A DNA stretch of 64,000 nucleotides from Octopus bimaculoides (Eukaryota), in the NCBI RefSeq assembly GCF_001194135.2, contig NC_069001.1, positions 3,784,368-3,848,367 on the forward strand, given 5' to 3'. A program made the translations under genes and the position numbers. Positions 1 to 15,100 of this stretch are shown here, in pieces (the stretch's first letter is position 1; every line of letters begins with the position of its first letter). The notes beneath the pieces are model-generated. The model saw only the letters and a list, made by a program, of their open reading frames with translations, was not told the origin of the DNA and did no database searches.

Positions 1-120
1 TATATATATATATATATATATTTATTTATATATATATATATTTATTTATATATATATACATATATATATTTATTTATATATATATATATTTATTTATATA
101 TATATACATATATATATATA
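1..120. repeat. (TA)n microsatellite with TTTA/TACA interruptions
   Basis: Directly visible; abuts the left end of the satellite. Confidence 0.95.
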
Positions 121-3100
121 AAGAAAGAACCAACGACGAATTATCGAACGTACGTACTAACGGACCAATGAACGAACTATCGAACAAAGAAAAGAAAGAA
201 CGATTGAAGGAACGAAAGTATGTACGTAGGTACGAACGTATGTAAGTACGTACGTACGATCGATTGAACGAATGTACGTACGGACGAGCGGACGAAAGAA
301 TAAACGAACGAAAGCATCTACGTACCTCCGTACGTACGAAAGAGCGAATGAACGTATGTACGAACGAACGAAATGAAGGAGCAACCGAACGTACGTACGA
401 ACGAACAAATGTACGAACGAACTAACGAATGAAATTACGTACGTACGTAAGTTCGAAAGAACGAAATATCGTACGAACGAACGCAAGAGCGACTGTAAGA
501 ACGTACATTCGTACGAATGAAATAACGAACGAACGTACGTACATACGTATCTGCGAACGAACGAAGGAAAGAACTAGCTAACGAACGAATGTACTTTCAT
601 ACAAACGTACGTACGATTGAAGGAACGAACGAATGTAAGTATGTACGTAGGTACGAACGAACAAACGAGGAAACGAACGTACGTACGAAAGAACGGACGA
701 TCGAACGAAAGAAACGAAGGAGCAAGCGAACGTACGTACGAACGAACGAACTAACGAATAAACTCACGTATGTACTTACGTATTTACGATCAAACGAACG
801 AACGAATGTACTTAAGTACGTACAAATGAACGAACGAACAAACGCAAGTGCAACCGTAGGAGCGTACGTTCGTACAAATGAAATAACGAACGAACGACCG
901 AACGGACAAACGAACGAACGTACGTAAGAAGGAACGTACGGACGGACGAACGAACGAAAGATCGAAACGAATAAACGTACGTAGATACCTACGAACGAAC
1001 GAGGAAACGTACGTACGTACGAAAGAACGAACGATCGAACGTATGTACGAACGAAGGAGCAAGCGAACGTACGTACTAACGAATAAACTCACGTACGTAT
1101 TACGTATTTACCATCAAACGAACGAACGAATGTACTTAAATACGTACGAACGAACGAACGCAAGTGCGACCGTAGGAGCGTACGTTCGTACGAATGAAAT
1201 AACGAACGAACGTACAGACATACATACGTACGTACGAACGGACAAACGAACGTACGTACGTCCGAACGGACGGACGGACGAACGAACGCACAAACGAAAG
1301 ATCGAAACGAACAAACGTATGTAGGTACCTACGGACGTACGAAGGAACGAACTAACGAACGTACGAAGGAACGAACTAACGAACGTACGAAGGAACGAAC
1401 GTACGTACAAACGAAAGAAGGAACGTACGGACGGACGAACGAACGCACGAACGAAAGATCGAAACGAATAAACGTACGTAGATACCTACGAACGTACGTA
1501 CGAATGCACAAAGGAACAAACGAACGATCCAACGAACGAACGTAAGCACGTACGTACGTACGTACAAACGAACCAACGTACATAAGTACGTATGTACGTT
1601 TGAAAGAACAAACATACGTACATACGTAAGTAAGATCGACCGAACGAACGAATGAAACTACGTACGTATGTACGTTCGAACGAACGAAATATCGTACGTA
1701 CGTAATTACGTATTTACGATCGAACGAACGAACCAACGTACGTATGTAAGTACGTACGAAAGAAAGAACGAGCGATCGAACGAACGAACGCAACAGCGAC
1801 CGTAGGAACGTACGTTCGTACGAATGAAATAACGTACGTACGTACGAACGGACGGACAAACGCACGAACGTACGTACGAACAAAAAAATGAACGTACGAA
1901 CGTAGAAACGTACGTACGAATGAACGAACGAACAAAAGAACGAACGTACGTACGTACGTACGTACGAACGGACCAATGAACGAACGATCGAACTAACCAA
2001 AGAAAGAACGATTGAAGGAACGAACGAATGTAAGTATGTACGTAGGTACGAACGAACGAACGAACACACGAGGAAACGAACGTACGTAAGTACATAGGTA
2101 CGAAACGATCGCACAAATGAAAGAACGTACGTGCGTACGGACGGACGGAGGGACGAAAGAAAGCATCTACGTACCTCCGTACGTGCGAATGAACGTATGT
2201 ACGAACAAACGATAGTAAGTACGTACGTACGAACGAACAAAGTAAACAACGAACGAAATGAAAGAGCAAGCGAAAGTACGAACAAACGTACGTACGAACG
2301 AACGAACGAACTAACGAATGAACTTACGTACGTACGTATGTACGTACGAACGAACAAGATATCGTAGTACGTAATTACATATTTACGATCGAACGAAAGT
2401 ACGTACGTAAGTACGTACGAACGAACGAACGAGTGATCGAACGAACGAAAGCAAGAGCGACCGTAGGTACGTACGTTCGTACGAATGAAATAACGAACGA
2501 AAGCACGGACGGACGAACGAACGTACGTACGTAAGCACGAACGAACGCTCGACCGAACGTATGAACGTACGTACGTACCTACAGACGTACGTACGAACGT
2601 ACGTACGTACGAATGCACAAAAGAACAGACGAACGATCCAACGAACGAACGTACGTACGTCCACACGTATTTAAGTACGTACGTACGAATGAACGAACGA
2701 AAGAACGAACGTACGTACTTTCGTACGAACGAAAGAACGAACGAAGGATCCAACGAACGAACGAACGTACATACGTACGTACGAACGGACCAATGAACGA
2801 ACGATTGAACAAACAAAAGAAAGAACGATTGAAGGAACGAACGAACGAGGAAACGAATGAACGAACGAACGTACGTACGGACGGAGGAAAGAATAAACGA
2901 ACGGAAGCATCTACGTACCTCCGTACGTACGAACGAACGAACGAGCGAATGAACGTATGTACGAACGAACAACAGTACGTGCGTACGTACGAAAGAACGA
3001 AGTAATGAACGAACGAATTAACGAACGAACGAAATGAAGGAGCAAGCGAACGTACAAGCGAACGAACGAACGTACTTACGTACGTACGTATGTACGTACG

Positions 3101-6100
3101 AACGAACGAAATATCGTACGTACGTAATTACGTATTTACGAACGAACGAGCGATCGAACAAACGAACGCAAGAGCGACCGTAGGAACGTACGTTCATACG
3201 AATAAAATAACGGACGAACGCACGTACGTACGAACGACCGAACGGACGGACGAACGAACGGACGGACGAACGAACGTACGTACGTAGGTACGTACGTACG
3301 TACCTACGAAGGAACGAACTAACTAACGAATGTACGTACGTACGAATGCACAAGAGAACAAACGAACGAAAGCATCTACGTACCTCCGTACGTACGAACG
3401 AACGATAGTACGTAAGTACGTAACGAACGAACGAAATGAAGGAGCAAGCGAACGTACGAACTAACGTACGTACGAACGAACGAATGTACGAATGAACTTA
3501 CGTACGTACGTATGTATGTACGTACGAACGAACGAAATATCGTACGTACGTAATTACGTCTTTACGATCGAACGAACGAAGGAAAGTACGTACGTAAGTA
3601 CGTAGGAACGTACGAACAAGCGATCGAACGAACGCAAGAGCGACCGTAGAAACGTACTTTGGTACGAATGAAATAATAAACGAACGTACGTACATACGTA
3701 AGAACGGAACAATGAACGAACGATCGAACAAACAAAAGAAAGAACGATTAAAGGAACGAACGGATGTAAGTACGAACGTACGTAAGTACGAAAGAACGAA
3801 CGATCGAACGAACGATGGTACGTGCGTACGTACGTTCGTACGGACGGACGGACGAAAGAATAAACGAACGAAAGCATCTACGTACCTCCGTACGTACGAA
3901 CGAACGATAGTACGTAAGTACTACGAACGAACGAACAAAATGAAGGAGCAAGCGAACGTACGTACGTATGTACGTACGAACGAACGAAATATCGTACGTA
4001 CGTAATTACGTATTTACGATCGAACGAACGAACGAAAGTATGTACCTAATTACGTACGAACGAACGAACGAGCGATCGAACGAATGCAAGAGCGACCGTA
4101 GAAACTTACTTTCGTACGAACGAAAGAACGAACGTATGTACGTAAGCACGAACGAACGTAGGAACGTACGTACATACCAACGAACGTACGAAGGAAGGAA
4201 CTAACGAACGAACATACGTACGAATGCACAAAAGAACAAAGGAACGGTCCAACGAACGAACGTACGTACGTACGCACGTAGTACAAACGAACCACGTATA
4301 TACGTACGTACGTACGTACGAAAGAACGAACGATCGAACGCAAGAGCGACCGTAGGAACGTACGTTCGTACGAATGAAATAACGAACGAACGAACGTACA
4401 TACGTACGTACGAACGAAAGAACGAACGCATGAACGAACGATCGAACGAACGAACGTAGGAACGTACGTACATACGAACGTACGAACGAAGGAAATAACG
4501 GACGAACGTACGTACGTACGAATCACAAAAGAACAAACGAACGATCCAACGAACGTACGTACGTACAAACGAACCAACGTATATACGTACGTACGTAAGT
4601 ATGAACGAACGTACATACATAAATACGAACGAATGAACGAACATACTTTCGTACGAACGAAGGATCGAATGTACGTACGTACGTACGAATGAACGAACGA
4701 TCCAACGTACGAACGAAAGAATGAACAAACGACGAACGGACGAACGGACCAATGAACGAACGATCTAAGAAACAAAAGAAAGAACGATTGAACGAACGAA
4801 CGCATGTAAGTATGTACGTAGGTACGAACGAACGTACGGACGAACAAACGAGGAAACGAACGTACGTACGAAAGAACGAACGATCGAACGCAAGAGCGAC
4901 CGTAGGAACGTACGTTCGTACGAATGAAATAACGAACGAAAGTACGTACATAGGTACGTACGAACAACCGAACGGACAAACGAACGTACGTACGTACAAA
5001 CGAAAGAAAGAACGTACGTACGTACGAACAAACCAACGTATATAAGTACGTACGTACGAATGATCGAACGACCGAACGAATGAATGTACTTTCGTACGAA
5101 CAAAAGAACGAACGTAAGTACGAATGAACGAACGATCCAACGAACGAACGAATGACGAACGAACGAACGGACCAATGAACGAACGATCGAACAAACAAAA
5201 GAAAGAACGATTGAAGGAACGAACGAATGTAAGTATGTACGTAGGTACGGACGAATGAACGAACGAACAAACGAGGAGACGAACGTACGTACGAAAGAAC
5301 GAACGATCGAACGTATGTACGAAAGAAAGAAACGAAGGAGCAAGCGAACGTACGTACGAACGAACGAACTAACGAATAAACTCACGCATGTACGTACGAA
5401 CGAACGAAATATCGTACGTACGTATTACGTATTTACGATCAAACGAACGAACGAATGTACTTAGGTACGTACGAATGAACGAACGAGCGATCGAACGAAC
5501 GAACGCAAGTGCGACCGTAGGAGCGTACGTTCGTACGAATGAAATAACGAACGTACGTACGAACGACCGAACGGACAAACGAACGAAGGTACGTACAAAC
5601 GAACGAAGGTACGTACAAACGAAAGAACGAACGTACGTATGTACGTACGAACGACCGAACGGACGGACGAACGAACGAACTAACCCACAAACGAAATATC
5701 GAAACGAACAAACGTACGTAGGTACCTACGAACGTACGAAGGAACGAAGTAACGAAGGAACGAAGTAACGAATGAACGTACGAAGTAACGAACGTACGTA
5801 CGTACGTACGAATGCACAAAGAACAAACGAACGATCCAACGAACGAACGTAAGCACGTACGTACGTATGCACAAACGAACCAACGTACATACGTACGTGT
5901 GTACATATGAAGGAACGAACGAAAGAACGAACGTACGTACATACGTAAGTAAGATCGACCGACCGAACGAACGAATGAAACTACGAACGTACGTATGTAC
6001 GTTCGAACGAACGAAATATCGTACGTACGTAATTACGTATTTACAATCGATCGAACAAACGAGCGACCGAACGAACGTACGTACGTACCTACGAACGTAC

Positions 6101-9100
6101 GAAAGAACGAACTAACGAACGAACGTACGTACGTACGTACGAATGCACAAAAGAACAAACGAACGATCCAACGAACGAACGAGAGTACGTACGTAGGTAC
6201 GAACGAACGAAGAAAATGAAGGAGCAAGCGAACGTACAAATGAACGAACGTACGAAGGAAATAACGAATGAACTTATGTATGTACGTACGAACGAACGAA
6301 ATAGCGTACGTACGAACGAACGAAATATCGTACGTACGTAATTACGTATTTACGATCGAACGAACGAACCAAAGTACATACGTAAGTACGTACGAAAGAA
6401 AGAACGAGCGATCGAACGAACGAACGCAACAGCGACCGTAGGAACGTACGTTAGTACGAATGAAATAAACTACGTACGAACGGCCGAACGAACGGACGGA
6501 CAAACGCACGAACGTACGTACGAACAAAAATATGAACGTACGCACGTAAGCACGAACGAACGTAGAAACGTACGTACGTACCTACGAACGAACGAACGTA
6601 CGTACGTACGAATGCACAAAAGAACAAACGAACGATCCAACGAACGAACATACGTATGTAAGTACGTACGTGCAAACGAACCAACGTATATACGTACGTA
6701 CGTACGTACGTACGTACGTACGTACGTACGTACGTACGAATGAACGAACGATCCAACGAAAGAACGAACAAACGACGAACTAACGAACGTACGTACGAAC
6801 GGACCAATGAACGAACGATCGAACAAACAAGAGACAGAACGATTGAAGGAACGAACGAATGTAAGTATGTACGTAGGTACGAACAAACGAGGAAACGAAC
6901 GTACGTAAGTACATACGTACGAAAGAACGAAACGACCGCACAAATGAAAGAACGTACGTGCGTACGGACGTACGGACGGCCGAAAGAATAAACGAAAGAA
7001 AGGATCTACGTACCTCCGTACGTACGAACGAGCGAATGAACGTATGTACGAACGAACGATAGTAAGTACGTACGTACGAACGAACAAAGTAAACAACGAA
7101 CGAAATGAAAGAGCAAGCGAACGTACGTGCGAACGAAAGAACGCACGAACGAACTAATGAATGAACTTACGTACGTACGTATGTACGTACGAACGAACGA
7201 GATATCGTAGTACGTACGTAAGAACGTACGAACGAACGAACGAGTGATCGTACGAACGAACGAGATATCGTAGTAAGAACGTACGAACGAACGAACGAGT
7301 GATCGAACGAACGAAAGCAAGAGCGACCGTAGGAACGTACGTTCGTACGAATGAAATAACGAACGATCGCACGTCCATACGTACGTACGAACGACCGAAC
7401 GGACGGAAGGACAAACGAACGAAAGAACGAACGTACGTACGTAAGCACGAACGAACGCTCGAACGAACCTACGTACCTACGAACGTACGAACGAACGTAC
7501 GTACGTACGAATGCACAAAAGAACAAACGAACGTCTGCACGTACAAACGAACCAACGAATATACGTACGTACGTACGTATGTATGTACGAATGAACGAAC
7601 GAAAGAACGAACGTACGTACATACGTAAGTACCTACAACCGAACGAACGAACGTACCACGTAAGCACGAACGAACAAACGAACGTAGTAACGTACGTACG
7701 CACCTACGAACGAACGAAGGAACGAACGTACGTACGTAAACACGAACGAACGCACGAAAGAACGATCGAACGAACGAACGTAGTAACGTACGTACGCACC
7801 TACGAACGAACGAAGGATCCAACGAACGAACGAAAGAACGAACGAACGACGAACGACGAAAGTACATACGTACGTACGATCGGACCAATGAACGAACGAT
7901 TGAACAAACAAAAGAAAGAACGATTGAAGGAACGCACGAACGAACAAACGAGGAAGCGAACGTACGTAAGTATGTACGTACGAAAGACGAACGATCGAAT
8001 GAACGAACGAGCGTACGTACGGACGGACGGATGGACGGACGAAAGAATAAACGAACGAAAGCATCTATGTACCTCCGTACGTACGAACGAAGGAGCGAAT
8101 GAACGTATGTGCGAACGAACAACAGTACGTACGTACGGACGAACGAACGAAGTAACGAACGAACGAAATGAAGGAGGAAGCGAACGTACAAACGAACGTA
8201 CGTACGTACGTATGTACGTACGAACGAACAAAATATCGTACGTACGTAATTACGTATTTACGATCGAACTAACGAACGAGCGATCGAAGAAACGAACGCA
8301 AGAGCGACCGTAGGAACGTACATTCATACGAATAAAATAACGAACGAACGCACGTACATACGTACGGACGAACGAACGAACGTACGTACGAACGAAAGGA
8401 CGAACGTACGTTCGTGAGCACGAACGAACGCATGAACAAACGCACGAACGAACGATCGAACGAACGAACGTAGGTACGTACGTACGTACCTACGAACGAA
8501 CGAAGGAACGTACGAATGTACGTACGTACGAACGGACCAATGAACGAACGATCGAACAAACAAAAGAAAGAACGATTAAAGGATCGAACGGATGTAAGTA
8601 CGAACGAAAGAACAAACGAACGTACGAAAGATCGAACGAACGATCGTACGTGGGTACGTACGGACGGACGGACGAAAGAATAAACGAACGAAAGCATCTA
8701 CGTACCTCCGTACGTGCGAACGAACGATAGTACGTAAGTACGTACGAACGAACGAACGAAATGAAGGAGCAAGCGAACGTACGAACAAACGTACGTACGA
8801 ACGAACGAACTAACGAATGAACTTACGTATGTACGTACGAACGGACGAAATATCGTACGTACGTAATTACGTATTTACGATTGAACGAACGAAAGTACGT
8901 ACCTAATTACGTACGAACGAACGAACGAGTGATCGAACGAACGAAAGAGCGACCGTAGAAACGTACTTTGGAACGAATGAAATATAGAAAGAACGTACGT
9001 ACGTACGTACGAACGACAGAAAGGACAGACGGAGGAACGAACAAACGTACGTACAAACAAAAGAACGAACGTATGTACGTAAGCACGATCGAACGCACGA

Positions 9101-12100
9101 ATCAACGAACGTAGGGACATACATACGTACCAACGAACGTACGAAGGAAGGAACTAACGAACGAACGTACGTACGATTGCACAAAAGAACAAAGGAACGA
9201 TCCAACGAACGAACGTGCGTACGTACGCTCGTACGTACAAACAAACCACGTACATATGTATGTACGAATGAACGAACGAAAGAACGAACGTACGTACATA
9301 CGTAAGTACGAACGAACGTACTTTCGTACGAATGAACGTACGTACGAACGAACGAACAAACAAGGAAACGAACGTATGTAAGTACGTACGTACGTACGAA
9401 AGATCGAACGATCGAACGCAAGAGCGACCGTAGGAACGTACGTTCGTACGAATGAAATAACGAACGAACGTACGTACGAACGACCGAACGGACGGACGGA
9501 CGAACGAACAAAGGTACGTACGAACGAGAAGAACGAACGCATTAACGAACGATCGAACGAAAGAACGTAGGAACGTACGTACCTAAGAACGTACGAACGA
9601 ACGAAATAACGAACGAACGTACGTACGTACGAATCACAAAAGAACAAACGAACGATCCAACGAACGAACGTACGTACTTGCGTACGTACGTACAAACGAA
9701 CCAACGTATATACGTACGAACGTACGAATGAACGTTGGTACATACGTAAGTACGAACGAATGAACGAACGTACTTTCGTACGAACGAAGGAACGAACGTA
9801 CGTACGTACGTACGTACGAACGATCCAACGTACGAAGGAAAGAACGAACAAACGACGAACGTACCAATGAACGAACGATCGAAGAAACAAAAGAAAGAAC
9901 GATTGAAAGAACGAACCTACGGACGAACAAACGAAGAAACGAACGTACGTAAGGAAGGAAGGACTGAAGGAACGAACGAATGTAAGTGTGTACGTGGGTA
10001 CGAACGAAAGAACGAACGAACGAGGAAACGAACGCACGTAAGTACGTACGTACGAAAGTACGCAGGGACGTGCGTGCGTACGTACGGACGGACGAAAGAA
10101 TAAACGAACGAAAGCATCTACGTATCTCCGTACGTACGAACGAACGAGCGAACGTACGTACGAACGAAATGAAGGAGCAAGCGAACGTAAGAACGTACGT
10201 ACGTACGAACGAACAAACGTACAAACGAACTAACGAATGAAAACAATATCGAACGTACAAAATATCGTACGCACGTAATTACGTATTTACGACGGAAGGA
10301 ACGTACGTTCGTATGAATGAAATAATGAACGAATGTACGTACGTATGTATGTACGAATGAACGAACGAAAGAACGAACGTACATACGTAAGTACGAACGA
10401 ACGAACGTACTTTCGTACGAACGAACGATCGAACGCAAGAGCGACCGTAGGAACGTACGTTCGTTCGAATGAAATAAAGAACGAACGTACGTACGAACGA
10501 AAGAACGAACGCATGAACGAACGATCGAACGAACGAACGAACGTAGGAACGTATGTACCTACGAACGAAAGAAATAACGAACAAACGTAAGTACGTACGA
10601 ATCACAAAACGAACGATCCAACGAACGAACGTACGTCCGTACTTGCGTACGTACGTACAAACAAACCAACGTATATACGTACGTACGTACGAATGAACGT
10701 ACGTACATACGTAAGTACGAACGAATGAACGAACGTTCTTTCGTACGAACGAAGGAACGAACGTACGTACGTACGAATGAACGAACGATTCAACGTACGA
10801 AGGAAAGAACGAACAAATGACGAACGTACGAACGGACCAATGAACGAACGATCGAAGAAACAAAAGAAAGAACGATTGAAAGAACGAACGTACGGACGAA
10901 CAAACGAGGAAACGAACGTACGTAAGTACGTTCGTACGAACGATCGAACGCAAGAGCAACCATAGGAACGTACGTTCGTACGAATGAACTAACGAACAAA
11001 CGTACGTACATACGTACGTACGAACGACCGAACGGACGGCTGGATGAACGAACAAATGTACGTACGTATGAACGATCGAACGAACGAACGAACGAACGAA
11101 CGAACGTAGGAACGTACGTACGTACCTACGAGCGTACGTAAGTACCTATGAACGTACGTACGTAACAACGTACGTAACAACGTACGTACGTACGAACGAA
11201 AGAACGAACGTACGTACGTAGGCACGAACGAACGCTCGAACGAACGTACGTACCTACGAACGTACGAACGAACGATCCAACGAACGAACGTACGTACGTC
11301 CGCACGTACAAACGAACCAACGAATATACGTACGTACGTATATATGTATGAATGAACGAACGAAAGAACGAACGTACGTACATACGTAATTACGTACAAC
11401 CGAACGAACGAACGAACGAAAGAACGTACGTACGTACGTAAGCACGAACGAACGCACGAACGAACGTAGTAACGTACGTACGTACCTACAAACGAACGAA
11501 GGAACGAACGAACGTACGAATGCACAAAAGAACAAACGCACGATCCAACGAACGAACGTACGTACGTACGCACGTATTTAAGTGCGTACGTACGTATGTA
11601 CGTACGAATGAACGAACGAAAGAACGAACGTACGTACGAAGGAACGTAAGTACGAACGAACTAAGAAACAAGGAAACAAACGAACGTACGTACGTACGTA
11701 CGAAAGAACGAGCGATCGAACGCAAGAGCGACCGTAGGAACGTACGTTCGTACGAATGAAATAACGAACGAACGTACGTACGTACGAACGACCGAACCGA
11801 CGGACGGACGAACGAACAAACGTACTTACGAACGAAAGAACGAACGCATGAACGAACGATCGAACGAACGAACGAACGTAGGAACTATGTACCTACGAAC
11901 GAAAGAAATAACGAACAAACGTACGTACGTACGAATCACAAAAGAACAAACGAACGATCCAACGAACGAACGTACGAACGACCGAACGAACGAACGAAAG
12001 CACTTTCGTACGAACGAAAGAACGTACGTACGTACGTAAGAATGAAAGAACGATCCAACGAACGAATGAACGAACAAACGACGAACGAACGTACGTATGA

Positions 12101-15100
12101 ACGAACGATAGAACAAACAAACGAAGGAAGGACTGAAGGAACGAACGAATGTAAGTATGTACGAAGGTACGAACGAAAGAACCAAGGAACGAACGAACAA
12201 ACGAGGAAACGATCGCACGTAAGTACGTACGTACGAAAGTACGAACGAACGTGCGTGCGTACGTACGGACGGACGAAAGAATAAACGAACGAAAGCATCT
12301 ACGTACCTCCGTACGTACGAACGAACGAGCGNNNNNNNNNNNNNNNNNNNNNNNNNNNNNNNNNNNNNNNNNNNNNNNNNNNNNNNNNNNNNNNNNNNNN
12401 NNNNNNNNNNNNNNNNNNNNNNNNNNNNNNNNNNNNNNNNNNNNNNNNNNNNNNNNNNNNNNNNNNNNNNNNNNNNNNNNNNNNNNNNNNNNNNNNNNNN
12501 NNNNNNNNNNNNNNNNNNNNNNNNNNNNNNNNNNNNNNNNNNNNNNNNNNNNNNNNNNNNNNNNNNNNNNNNNNNNNNNNNNNNNNNNNNNNNNNNNNNN
12601 NNNNNNNNNNNNNNNNNNNNNNNNNNNNNNNNNNNNNNNNNNNNNNNNNNNNNNNNNNNNNNNNNNNNNNNNNNNNNNNNNNNNNNNNNNNNNNNNNNNN
12701 NNNNNNNNNNNNNNNNNNNNNNNNNNNNNNNNNNNNNNNNNNNNNNNNNNNNNNNNNNNNNNNNNNNNNNNNNNNNNNNNNNNNNNNNNNNNNNNNNNNN
12801 NNNNNNNNNNNNNNNNNNNNNNNNNNNNNNNNNNNNNNNNNNNNNNNNNNNNNNNNNNNNNNNNNNNNNNNNNGAACGAACAAACGACGAACGAACGTAC
12901 GTATGAACGAACGATAGAACAAACAAACGAAGGAAGGACTGAAGGAACGAACGAATGTAAGTATGTACGTAGGTACGAACGAAAGAACGAACGAAGGAAC
13001 GAACGAACAAACGAGGAAACGAACGCACGTAAGTACGTACGTACGAAAGTACGCAGGGACGTGCGTGCGTACGTACAGACGGACGAAAGAATAAACGAAC
13101 GAAAGCATCTACGTATCTCCGTACGTACGAACGAACGAGCGAACGTACGTACGAACGAAATGAAGGAGCAAGCGAACGTGAAAACGAACGTACGTACGAA
13201 CGAACGAACGTACAAACGAACTAATGAATGAAAACAATATCGTACGTACAAAATATCGTACGTAATTACGTATTTACGACCGAAGGAACGTACGTTCGTA
13301 TGAATGAAATAATGAACGAATGTACGTACATACGTACGTACGAACGAACGCACGAACGAACGAACGTACGTACATACGTACAAAAGAACCAACGCATATA
13401 CGTACGTACGTACGTATGTACGTACGTACGTATGTACGTACGTACTTATGTACGTACGTGCGTATGTACGTACGTACGTATGTACGTACGTACGTATGTA
13501 CGTACGAATGAACGAACGAAAGAACGAACGTACGTACATACGTAAGTACGAACGACCGAACGAGCGAACGAACGTACGATTGCACAAATGAAGAAAGGAA
13601 CGATCCAACGAACGAACGTACGTACGTACGTACGTACGTACAAACAAACCACGTATATACGTACGTACGTATGTATGTACGAATGAACGAACGAAAGAAC
13701 GAACGTACGTACTTACGTAATTACGAACGAACGAACGTACTTTCGTACGAACGAACGACGAACGAACGTACGTACGAACGAACGAACGAGGAAACGAACG
13801 TATGTAAGTACGTACGTACGTACGTACGAAAGAACGAACGATCGAACGCAAGAGCGACCGTAGGAACGTACGTTCGCACGAATGAAATAACGAACGAACG
13901 TACGTACGAACGACCGAACGGACGGACGAACGAACGAACAAACGTACGTACGAACGAAAAAACGAACGCATGAACGAACGATCGAACGAACGAACGAACG
14001 TAGGAACGTACGTACCTACGAACGAACGAAATAACGAACGAACGTACGTACTTGCGTACGTACGTACAAATGAACCAACGTATATACGTACGTACGTACG
14101 AATGAACGTACGTACATACGTAAGTACGAACGAATGAACGAACGATCGAAGAAACAAAAGAAAGAACGATTGAAAGAACGAACGGACGGATGAACAAACG
14201 AGGAAACGAACGTACGTAAGTACGTACGTACGAAAGAACGAACGATCGAACGCAAGAGCGACCATAGGAACGTACGTTCGTACGAATGAACTAACGAACG
14301 AACGTACGTACATACGTTCGTGCGAACGACCGAACGGACGGGTGGATGAACGAACAAATGTACGTACGAACGCATGAACGAACGATCGAACGAACGAACG
14401 AACGAACGTAGGAACGTATGTACCTACGAACGAAAGAAATAACGAACAAACGACGAACGTACGAACGGACCAATGAACGAACGATCGAGGAAACAAAAGA
14501 AAGAACGATTGAAAGAACGAACGTACGGACGAACAAACGAGGAAACGAACGTACGTGAGTACGTACGTACGAAAGAACGAACGATCGATCGCAAGAGCGA
14601 CCATAGGAACGTACGTTCGTACGAATGAAATAACGAACGAACGTACGTACATACGTACGTACGAACGACCGAACGGACGGCTGGATGAACGAACAAATGT
14701 ACGTACGAACGAACGATCGAACGAACGAACGTAGGAACGTACGTACGTACCTCCGAACATACGTAAGTACCTATGAACGTACGTACGTACCTACGAACGT
14801 ACGAACGAACGTACGAACGAACGTACGTACATACGAATGCACAAAAGAACAAACGAACGATCCAACGAACCAACGTATATACGTACGTATGTACGTTCGA
14901 ATGAACGTATGTACATACGTAAGTACGAACGACCGAACGAACGAACGAACGCACTTTCGTACGAACGAACAAACGACGAACGAACGAATGATAGAACAAA
15001 CAAATGAAGGAAGGACTGAAGGAACGAACGAATGTAAGTATGTACGAAGGTACGAACGAAAGAACCAAGGAACGAACGAACAAACGAGGAAACGAACGCA

